Positions 1-8,858 of a stretch of 23,323 nucleotides of DNA are shown here, one piece after another; within the stretch, counting starts at the first letter, position 1, and every line of letters starts with the position of its first letter. A program made the position numbers and the translations under genes. The notes beneath the pieces are model-generated. The model was not told where the DNA came from, did no database searches, and worked only from the letters and a program-made list of their open reading frames with translations. Source of the stretch: Macrostomum lignano. Lineage: Eukaryota. The DNA is taken from contig NIVC01002185.1 of the NCBI GenBank assembly GCA_002269645.1, positions 1-23,323 of the forward strand. Direction: 5' to 3'.

Positions 1-580
1 TGCGGCAGTCTGTCACTCCCAATCACCCGATGCGGCAGTCTGTCACTCCCAATCACCCGATGCGGCAGTCTGTCACTCCCAATCACCGATGCGGCAGTCT
101 GTCACTCTCAATCACCGATGCGGCAGACTGTCACTCCAATCACGATGCTGCAGTCTGTCACTCCCAATCACCCGATGCGGCAGTCTGTCACTCCCAATCA
201 CCCGATGCGGCAGTCTGTCACTCCCAATCACCCGATGCGGCAGAACTGTCACTCCAATCACCTGATGCGGCAGTCTGTCACTCCCAATCACCCGATGCGG
301 CAGTCTGTCACTCTCAATCACCTGATGCTGGCAGTCTGTCACTCCAATCACCGATGCGGCAGTCTGTCACTCCCAATCACCTGATGCGGCAGTCTGTCAC
401 TCCAATCACCGATGCGGCAGTCTGTCACTCCCAATCACCCGATGCGGCAGTCTGTCACTCCCAATCACCTGATGCGGCAGTCTGTCACTCCAATCACCGA
501 TGCGGCAGTCTGTCACTCCCAATCACCTGATGCGGCAGTCTGTCACTCCCAATCACCCGATGCGGCAGACTGTCCCTCCT
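1..580. repeat. ~30-bp minisatellite (TGCGGCAGTCTGTCACTCCCAATCACCCGA), ~19 copies, intronic, runs off the left edge
   Basis: Directly visible tandem units of 28-30 bp. The last unit merges into the exon at 569. Confidence 0.97.
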
Positions 581-1352
581 GCCTATCGATATCCCAAAGG
601 CGTACTCCGCCCCACCCCCGCAGTACAAGCGCGAGCTGGAAGCGGCCCAAGCGGGCATCTTAATCTACACTCCCGAGCAGCTGAGGGAAAAATTTGCCCA
701 GGCAGCAGCGGCAACCGCAGAATCAAAGGATTCCGCAGACGTAAGAGAAGACGAAACAGAAGAGGCTGATGACAACAATGATGAAGACGACTATGACGAA
801 GATTCCAGCGATGAGAACGAAGAAGGCGACTCTGTGCAGCGACCGTCGCAGCAGCAGCTTCGCGATCCTGTCCGCCGCGGCACCGAGATCGCACTGCGCC
901 GTCTGGAACTGCGCGACAGCGTCGCCTCCTTGACTGTCCGTCGGCTGGTCGTTGAGCTTCGCTGTCTCCGCTGTCGCCGGAAGCTGGCGGCCAACCTTAG
1001 CGCCGATTCCAAAGCCGGCTACGTGTCGATGGCCTGTGCTCAGTGCGGCTCCGACCTGCGCGCCGGCTTCCGGCCGAGCCTGCTGCACTCGTTTAGCGGC
1101 AATCCGGCCGTTGTTGGCTTCTTAGACTTGACCGGCTGCTCGGCCGAGGATGCCCTGCTGTCCGCCGGCGACTGCGAATTCGTCACTGTCTGTCTGGGTT
1201 GCCAGCTGCCGCACACGCACCACGGACAGCTAGCTGGTAACGGCGGACAGCCGATGCGCCACTGCTGCCTCCGCTGCCATGCCTGGGGCGGCTTCGTGGC
1301 CGAGGGCGTCCGACTGACCGTGCTCAGCGCGCCGGATGTGGCCGATGGGAAA
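569..1352 (+). CDS. Penultimate coding exon of an uncharacterised CHY-zinc-finger protein (acidic tract plus four CxxC pairs)
   Basis: Open frame LSLLPIDIPKAYSAPPPQYKRELEAAQAGILIYTPEQLREKF...EDETEEADDNNDEDDYDEDSSDENEEGD...CLRC...CAQC...CLGC...CLRC...DGK. Ends at an AAA|GTGAGT donor (phase 0). The acceptor CAG at 566-568 is the best guess; an in-frame CAG at 536-538 is also possible. Confidence 0.8.
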
Positions 1353-1358
1353 GTGAGT

Positions 1359-1880
1359 CGGGGACCGTTAGGACTTCCTTTGGTTTTTATGATTCCTTGA
1401 TTCCTTTTGGTATGGGATTCCCGTTATTTTGGGATTCCCATTGGTTTGAGATTCCCGTTAGTTTGGGAATCCCGTTGGTTGGGGATTCTCGTTGGTTTTG
1501 GAATCCCGTTGGTTTGGGATTCCCGTTGGTTTGGGAATCCCATTGGTTAGGGATTCCCATTGGTTAGGGATTCCCGTTGGTTAGGGATTCCCATTGGTTA
1601 GGGATTCCCGTTGGTTAGGGATTCCCATTGGTTAGGAATTCCCGTTGGTTTAGAATTTCTTTTGGAGATGGGATTTACTTCGGACTGCAGTTTCCTTTGA
1701 TTTTTCGATTCCCTTTGTGTATGGGATTCCCTTTGGGCTTGAGATTCCTTTGTGTATGAGATTTCCTGCAGGTTTGAGATTCCCTTTGAGTTTTGAGTCC
1801 CTTAGATTCCTTGGGATTTTAAAAGATTTTTTATTACTTTGGTTCGAGAATTCTATTGAAGTTGGGATTTTTATTGGTTG
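1359..1880. repeat. ~17-bp minisatellite (GGGATTCCCGTTGGTTW), degenerate at both ends, in intron 1353-2235
   Basis: Tandem units are clearest at 1490-1650 and decay toward the donor at 1353 and toward 1880. Confidence 0.92.
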
Positions 1881-2029
1881 AGTATTCGCAATCTTCTTTT
1901 GCAATCAATTATTGAACAGTTTAATCTTCATATTCAGAATAAATACTGTAACGTATTTAGCGTACAATGAATCCAATTAAATATAATTAAGTGACTCAGA
2001 TCAAGCATGGAAAATATGGAATATAATGA

Positions 2030-2875
2030 TAATGTACCAATTTGCCTAAATATCAGTTGCGCTCTCGTCACTTTAAAACACTGGAACGGTTGAATCACAG
2101 ATTTATATTTTTAGAGTTGTTAATTCCTAACAAAAATATTCAGTCATATAGACTAGCCATTTTGCCCCCTGTTGGGCAACTCAATAGTATTTTCATTGGG
2201 ATTCCGCAAATATTTCTACCGTATATTTTGTTCAGTCAAGCGGAGCAGCCAAGCAACAGCAGAAGAAGCCGAAGAAGCCAATAGAGCCGGACATCCGGCC
2301 CGGCCAGCCGTTGCCTAGCAACGGCACCTGTCGTCACTACAAGCGCAGCTATCGCTGGCTTCGCTTCCCCTGCTGCGGCCGGGCATTCCCATGCGACATT
2401 TGTCACGATGAGGCCGCGCCAGGCGATCACGAGATGGCGTGGGCGGTCAGGATGCTGTGCGGCTACTGCGCCAAGGAGCAGCCGGTCAGCGACAAGTGCT
2501 CCAGCTGCGGCGCCGGCATGTCGCGGGCGCGCACCTCGCACTGGGAGGGCGGCCGCGGCTGTCGCGACGTTAAACGAATGTCGCGCAACGAGAAGAAGAA
2601 GTACGCAAATTTGAATAAAACTGTTAGCAGGCGGGCAGCCGCTGCTGGCAAATGATAGACTACAAGCTACTGTTAGTAATATGTAGTCGGCGACATTGAA
2701 GTGTAGCTGTACATGAATTTAGAAAATACATAAAAATGTACTGCCTAAACATTTATGACACTGCCATAATTACTCAAATCTTTTGAATGTCAGATTTCTC
2801 TTTTGTGTTTTCAAAGTACAATTATATTTAGTCATATGGACTAGCCATTGTGCCCCCTTCGGGAACTCTATAATA
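2030..2875 (+). repeat. Diverged direct repeat pair (~2030-2190 and ~2735-2875) flanking the CHY terminal exon
   Basis: CAGTCATATAGACTAGCCATTTTGCCCCCTGTTGGGCAACTC (2141-2182) vs TAGTCATATGGACTAGCCATTGTGCCCCCTTCGGGAACTC (2829-2868), with weaker upstream matches (AATGTAC..TGCCTAAA, CAGATTT). Confidence 0.75.
2236..2655 (+). CDS. Terminal coding exon, CHY-type zinc finger domain (similar in architecture to S. pombe SPBC18H10.09-like proteins)
   Basis: TTTTGTTCAG| acceptor, phase 0, matching the 1352 donor. Translates SSGAAKQQQKKPKKPIEPDIRPGQPLPSNGTCRHYKRSYRWLRFPCCGRAFPCDICHD...H...CGYC...CSSC...WEGGRGCRD...KKKY, stop TGA at 2653-2655. The CxHY...CC...PCxxCH pattern is the CHY signature. Family assignment is from recall, not a database search. 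Confidence 0.9.
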   Translation, partial: SSGAAKQQQKKPKKPIEPDIRPGQPLPSNGTCRHYKRSYRWLRFPCCGRAFPCDICHDEAAPGDHEMAWAVRMLCGYCAKEQPVSDKCSSCGAGMSRARTSHWEGGRGCRDVKRMSRNEKKKYANLNKTVSRRAAAAGK

Positions 2876-4000
2876 ACTATATAGTACTCCGATATGCAAA
2901 AATACGGTACGGTTACGGAAAAAAATAATTAAACTTCTTTTGAATTTGTCGCTGAGAATGTATTTTCATATCATATTTTCAGATACAGTCAAATATCTTA
3001 TGTTGAATTAGTGATAGGCGGTATCTGGACTGCTCTCATTACGATTAAATTAATCTGTCAAAATGGTCGCAACATGCATAGAAACTACCACTGCATAGAC
3101 TCATGGATAGTCATTAAAAGCATGTCTGCGCCCTTGTTATTAGATGTCTAGATGGTGGCGTTAGAATCTGAGTCTTTAATGGTCCGACCGGGCGTAGCTT
3201 GGTTGGGTGTTAAACCAGTGGGGCGTGGCTCTTGTGCGTTAGTGCGGGGGTGGTGGGCCGGGCCTTGGTCACGTGCCCGCGGCCTGGGTGGCGTTTATTT
3301 AATACGGTGCGGGCTGTCGCTGACCCGCCAAGCGCGTATTGATTTTTTTTCTCGCTTTTAAGTCTCCAAGGTTTTATTTGGCTTTCAAGTCCGGTAAATT
3401 AAAGTTAATAAATACGCTCGAATACTCGTACAATAGGGCCAGGCTCGAACCTGCGCCTCTCGTGCCAACTGCCTTGACTTCGTCTCACTGGTTTAATGTG
3501 TTTAAGAGTTCAATGTCAATGCACGCTGCCAGTTCAAGAAGGGTTCACTGATCTTTGACGCTGCCTGTCTTAAAAATCAATTGAATATGCCAAAATGATC
3601 CCAATTTTCTGCTCAATTTAGCATAAAATATTCAAATATATACTTATTTTGTTTATTTTCTCTTGTTTGCAAATAGTTGACTCTTTCAATTATGCCTTGT
3701 AAAGTTAAATTCGATACATATCGGCTAAAATTGATGCGTAAAATTCACATCAGCCAAGCTGAGCACGCAGACGGACACACGGAATACTGCGCAGGCACGC
3801 GCTCACAGGTTGTACATGTATGTCTTCAGTGGTCCCTGGATGGTGGGATTAGCGATAATGCCACAAGTTCACAAATGCCAAGTTTATTGTGTGACCGCGT
3901 GCGGAATCGAACCCGCGGCATTTTAGTTTGAGAACAGACTTGGTACCGCTCCGCTTCGTTTCCAACAATCACTTCTACGAGTATATAATTGTTAATATAA

Positions 4001-4260
4001 GGGTTCTAGCGTAGTGGTTAGAGCGTCGGACTTGCGACTGAAAGGTCGGGGGTTTGATTCTCGACCCAATCGAAACAATTTGTGTCCTTGAGCAAGACAC
4101 TTAACTCCATCTTTCAAATGGGTACCAGCATTTAGTTGAGGTGTGTGGCAACCCCCCCCTCCCCCAGTCCTTGGACTGAACAGCCGTACGCAGCCTTAAG
4201 ATGCGCCACGCAAGGCGCAATAGCTGCGGCTGAGCTGTCGGTTGCACACCTGCCCATTGG
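4001..4260 (+). mobile_element. tRNA-derived CORE-like SINE, copy 1 (internal deletion, no tail)
   Basis: A-box-like TAGCGTAGTGGTTAG and B-box-like GGTTTGATTC, followed by GTGTCCTTGAGCAAGACACTTAACTC, which resembles the MIR CORE (GTGACCTTGGGCAAGTTACTTAACC). Homologous to three other copies in the window. Confidence 0.85.
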
Positions 4261-4330
4261 GTCGAGAATCGAAGCCCCCCCCCCGACCTTTCAGTCGCGA
4301 GTCCGACGCTCTAACCACTAGGCTACAACC
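4256..4330 (-). mobile_element. Inverted copy of the SINE tRNA-like head, fused to the 3' end of copy 1
   Basis: Reverse complement reads GGTTGTAGCCTAGTGGTTAGAGCGTCGGACTCGCGACTGAAAGGTCG(G)nCTTCGATTCTCGACCCAAT, matching 4002-4070. Confidence 0.9.
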
Positions 4331-5645
4331 GCTGTGCCACAATCTGCAGTATATAAAATACTAAAACTACTAACAAAACCACCGTGCAAATAACGTTTTC
4401 GATTCGACAAAAAGAGACAGTTTGACATTTTTTATTATCATGCAGTTATACATGTATATATATATTTGTCTACTTTGTGCTTCTGCGCCTCTAGAGTCGG
4501 GCCAGTAGACACTGCTAAAAAAATCGGTCAAAAATTGCCAGCTGCAGAGTGCGCAGAAGCAATGCAAGTTCTTGCCGTGTGTGAAGCGTGTGTTTTTATC
4601 ATAGCATTTTTAATATTAATAACTAAGCAATCTTAGCAAAAATTAGCATTTGCGTGGGTACTAAACACGAAAAAATCGTGTGTGTTTTCAGTTGGCAGTT
4701 CGATGCGTGGGTTAATTGGAGTGGCTAGGTTCTCTCTCTCTTGGGGATCTGTCGTTAAACAGCATTTTTTGCGGGAAAACGCGAAAAGCATGGAAATTAC
4801 GCTGAGTATGTTTAAAAAACAGTTTAACATGCATTATTATGGTAAATGGTTGATAACTATGTATACGAAGTACTCGACTCGTATGCGCGCAAACAGAGCA
4901 GCAGTGCCATGTCGGGTTACATTGAACGAGAGCGCGTTGGGGGTTCAGAATTCAACTTGCTAAATCCAGGTTTGATTAAGGATCTTAATTGTATAATAAT
5001 TATATTGATAAGCAAGTTATACAAAGCTCGATGCGAGCTTAAACATGGACAGGGGCCAGAATGGATGATGAAGGATTAAAGCAGCTGTCAAGTTGAGCAA
5101 ATGTTAACACAATGCCTGTTACTTCTTACATGGCAAGCATGCATTTGTGCGGTGCAGAACGGGGCTGGCTGCTTTTCGTTGCGTTCGGATAAAATTACTA
5201 TGAGTAGCTAGGAGTGCTTTTTTAAAACTGATTTTCTGTGTTGCGTGCCAAAAAGTCAGATCATGAATTAGACTTAATTAGTTTTTTTTTACATCTAAGA
5301 GCGAGCGAGTGGTGAACTCGAAACAAAATTAATAAAACAAGAATTGGCTGAACAATATTTGTTAGCATAAATCTCATTCAACAGGATCTGAGGAATATTT
5401 TGCAGTCAGCCAGTTCTTGTTTAGCGCAGATAGGCAAAATACGACAGCTACAGAAGCTTAAATCACAATGCATTAATCTCGTGCTCAAGGTGTGCTCATA
5501 AACAATTGACAAGAACAGCTGGGAGAGGGAGAGAGAGTCAAGGGGAGGCGGCATGTGCACAGCGTCAAAATTACAATCGGGTACAAAAATCACAAAGTAG
5601 AAAAACACGAAAGCAGCACAAATCACACCAGAGTTCGTGGTGTCC

Positions 5646-5651
5646 TTTATT
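5646..5651 (-). terminator. Candidate polyadenylation signal AATAAA for the TIA-family gene
   Basis: AATAAA on the minus strand ~230 nt downstream of the stop codon. Motif evidence only. Confidence 0.35.
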
Positions 5652-5881
5652 ATAAATATTTTAATGCTATCCTCACGACGATGCAGCAGTTTAAAACGGG
5701 ACAAGTTTGGATTTTTGTGCTGGGAGGATTTTAAGGGCGTAAGGGTGCGCATTGCGGGTTAATACCAGTTACAAAAGCGTGAGCAGTCGTGCTTTTGACT
5801 GTTGCTCAATAAAATGGGACTCTCCAACAGTCATGGCCAACCAGTCGGCTAACAAGGCATGGGAAATCAGTTGGGGTCTGG

Positions 5882-6029
5882 TCAGTGGGCCTGCTGGAAG
5901 CTCACAGCTGCCGATGTCGGGGTGCCGAACGCGGCGGCGTGGCTGGCCGCGGCCAGTTGAGCAGCGGCAGCCGCGGCTGCTGCAGCCGGGTTGCCTCCGG
6001 CGGCGCCGAAACCGTTGAGCAGGCCGCCG
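5882..6029 (-). CDS. TIA1: TIA-1/TIAR-family gene, last coding exon (Ala/Gly-rich tail)
   Basis: CCCTCCACAACCCGCAG| acceptor, phase 2, matching the 6524 donor. Translates (S)GGLLNGFGAAGGNPAAAAAAAAAQLAAASHAAAFGTPTSAAVSFQQAH*. Confidence 0.75.
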
Positions 6030-6104
6030 CTGCGGGTTGTGGAGGGGGGGGCGAATTATTTATATTTATAACATTGGAATTGGCTGTTCAGTGTCTATGA
6101 GCGA

Positions 6105-6512
6105 ACCTGTGTGCCTTCACCTGATACTGTCCATGGCCGAGACTCCCACCTGCACCATTCATGCAGCCCCATGCACCCTGACACACTGTCTATGGCCGAG
6201 ACCCCCACCTGCACCATTCATGCAGCCCCATGCACCCTGACACACTGTCTATGGCCGAGACCTGTGCCATTCACGCAGCTTCACGCACCCTGACACACTG
6301 TCTATGGCCGAGACCTGTGCCATTCACGCAGCTTCACGCACCCTGACACACTGTCTATGGCCGAGACCCCACCTGCCCCATTCACGCAGCCCCCACGTAC
6401 CCTGACACACTTTCTATGGCCGAGACCATTGCCGAGAACCCCACCTGCGCCAATCACGCAGCTCCATGCACCCTGACTGTCTATGGCCGAGACCCTACCT
6501 GCGCCAATCACA
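6105..6512. repeat. ~52-58-bp minisatellite (CTGACACACTGTCTATGGCCGAGACCCCACCTGCACCATTCATGCAGCCCCATGCACC), ~7 copies, filling most of intron 6030-6523
   Basis: Directly visible tandem units. Confidence 0.93.
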
Positions 6513-6523
6513 TGTATATTTAC

Positions 6524-6708
6524 CTGGCGGCTCCACCTTGATAAGCGGAGGAGGCGGCAGCAGCGGCGGCGGCAGCTGCGGACGCATAATTAGCGTAGTT
6601 GATTGGCTGCTGCAGGTAGCTGAGCTGGTTGTAGGCCTGGTAAGCCAGCGGGCTGGCCGCCGTGGCGCCAGCCGTCGCCGCGTAGTAACCGTATGGCGTC
6701 ATTAGAGC
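6524..6708 (-). CDS. TIA1: TIA-1/TIAR-family gene, Tyr/Ala-rich low-complexity (prion-like) domain exon
   Basis: TTTTTTATGCAG| acceptor (phase 0, matching the 8080 donor) and AG|GTAAAT donor. Translates ALMTPYGYYAATAGATAASPLAYQAYNQLSYLQQPINYANYASAAAAAAAAASSAYQGGAA. Confidence 0.85.
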
Positions 6709-7133
6709 CTGCATAAAAAATATAGAAAATAAAACAGTTAGTTATTAATCTATATTGATTGATTCTTTCATTGGGTTCAATTTAATTAAAATAATTGGCT
6801 TGGTGGTAGAGGGCCAAGTCTAAACCAATTGTCAGCTGCCCTAACCCCGGATATCTGTTGCTTTTGTGGTGTCCTGAACCGTGAACAAGCAACAATGCTC
6901 TTTCAGTCCCGAATGCTCGCTGCAGTAAGGCTGCACGCGGATGATCCCACAGTCACGCCAAGCTGATTTCACTGGCTGGTTCCCGGGATTTTCCGTTCCG
7001 CATCCTTTCGTTGCAGCTGGCGGGGTGGCCTGTGAATCGCTGATTTATTGACGGAAGCCTTGCTAGTGGCGCTTCTCACGCAGGTGAGGTCAGCTTGAGC
7101 CTTGTTCGGGGCAGTCAGGGTTTCATGTGCTCG

Positions 7134-8076
7134 GGCACAAACTTGGCTATCAGTGACTGTGCCAGAGACTGGCTATCAGTGACTGTGCCGGACAATTGGC
7201 TATCAGTGACTGCGCCACAAAATTGGCTATCAGTGACTGTGCCAGAGACTTGGCTATCAGTGACTGTGCCACAAACTTGGCTATCAGTGACTGTGCCAGA
7301 CAATTGGCTATCAGTCAGTGACTGTGCCAGCGACTGGCTATCAGTGACTGTTACACAAACTTGGCTATCAGTGACTGTGCCAGACAATTGGCTATCAGTG
7401 ACTGTGCCAGAGACTTGTCTATCAGTGACTGTGCGAGACAATTGGCTATCAGTGACTGTGCCAGACAAATTGGCTATCAGTGACTGTGCCAGACAATTGG
7501 CTATCAGTGACTGTGCCGGACAATTGGCTATCAGTGACTGTGCCAGAGACTTGTCTATCAGTGACTGTGTCAGACAATTGGCTATCAGTGACTGTGCGAG
7601 ACAATTGGCTATCAGTGACTGTGCCAGACAATTGGCTATCAGTGACTGTGCCAGACAATTGGCTATCAGTGACTGTGCCAGACAATTGGCTATCAGTGAC
7701 TGTGCCAGACATTTGGCTATCAGCGACTGTGCCAGACAATTGGCTATCAGTGACTGTGCCAGAGACTGGCTATCAGTGGCTGTGCCGGACAATTGGCTAT
7801 CAGTGACTGTGCCAGAGACTGGCTATCAGTGGCTGTGCCGGACAATTGGCTATCAGTGACTGTGCCAGAGACTGGCTATCAGTGGCTGTGCCAGAGACTT
7901 GGCTATACTATCAGTGACTGCGCCACAAACTTGGCTATCAGTGACTGTGCCGGACAATTGGCTATCAGTGACTGTGCCGGACAATTGGCTATCAGTGACT
8001 GTGCCGGACAATTGGCTATCAGTGACTGTGCCGGACAATTGGCTATCAGTGACTGTGCCAGAATGTCTCAGTGACT
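7134..8076. repeat. 27-bp minisatellite (GGCTATCAGTGACTGTGCCAGACAATT), ~34 copies, in intron 6709-8079
   Basis: Directly visible tandem units that abut the donor at 8079. Confidence 0.97.
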
Positions 8077-8079
8077 CAC

Positions 8080-8282
8080 CGCGGCATTCTCCTTGTCGTT
8101 GCTCTCCTTGCCCCAGGAGCACTTGCAGGGCTGGCCGCCGACATCCTTGCCGTGCATGGTGATGATGGCCTTGGTTGCGCCCTCGTGCGTGTCGAAGCGG
8201 ACAAAGGCGTAGCCCTTCTCTTTGAACACGCGGACTTCAAGGATCTCGCCGAAGTCTTTGAATGCTTCTCTGAGCAGCTCCT
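8080..8282 (-). CDS. TIA1: TIA-1/TIAR-family gene, RRM3 main exon
   Basis: EELLREAFKDFGEILEVRVFKEKGYAFVRFDTHEGATKAIITMHGKDVGGQPCKCSWGKESNDKENAA. RNP1 is KGYAFVRF, and the CSWGKE end is typical of TIA-1/TIAR RRM3. Splice sites CACTTGCAG| and |GTGAGT. Confidence 0.95.
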
Positions 8283-8319
8283 CTGCAAGTGATAGGAATA
8301 TAGGATCAATAAGAATTCT

Positions 8320-8756
8320 GTTTTTTTTAAGATTGATCAGAATGGGGTTTGGGATCGATCAGAATTAGGTTTTTGGATCGATCAGGATGGGGTTCGGGAT
8401 CAATCAGAGTGGGTTTTGGGATCATGGGTGGGTTTTGGGATATATCAGGATGGGTTTTGGGATCGATCAGGATGGTTTTTGGGATCGATCAGGATTAGGT
8501 TTGGGATCAATCAGAGTGGGTTTTGGGATTGATGAAGATTGGTTTTGGGATCGACCAGGATTGGGTTTGGGATCGATTAGGATTGGGTTCGGGATCAATC
8601 AGAGTGGGTTTTGGATCGATCAGGATTGGGTTCGGGATCGATCAGGATTGGGTTTGGGATCGATTAGGATTGGATTCGGGATCAATCAGAGTGGGTTTTG
8701 GATCGATCAGGATTGGGTTCGGGATCGATCAGCATCAGTTTAGGTATCAAATTGGG
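8320..8756. repeat. ~22-bp minisatellite (GGGATCGATCAGGATTGGGTTT) filling essentially all of intron 8283-8762, with an 87-bp higher-order unit present twice
   Basis: Tandem units are visible. The 29-aa periodicity of ORF 8523-8780 reflects the 87-bp block. Confidence 0.93.
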
Positions 8757-8762
8757 ACTCAC

Positions 8763-8858
8763 CGCACAGCCCACGCGTGATGCCGCCAACGTAGACAGTG
8801 CAGTTTGAGTTGGAAGCTGCCTGAGCAACTTCATCGTAGTTCAGCGGTTTCTGATCGG
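8763..8858 (-). CDS. TIA1: TIA-1/TIAR-family gene, RRM2-RRM3 linker and RRM3 RNP2 exon
   Basis: (A)DQKPLNYDEVAQAASNSNCTVYVGGITRGLC, compared with human TIA1 [21 protein letters not shown] as recalled. Splice sites AAATTGCAG| and G|GTGAGT; phase 1 at both ends fits the neighbouring exons. Confidence 0.95.

Noticed and set aside
30-530. 166-aa repeat ORF as an N-terminal extension of the CHY protein
   Set aside because: It ends at TGA 528-530, and unit-length variation breaks the frame. Better explained as intronic repeat.
7095-8162. Overlapping repeat ORFs on both strands (LSVTVPDNW / GTVTDSQL)
   Set aside because: Translations of the 27-bp (multiple of 3) minisatellite inside a phase-consistent intron.
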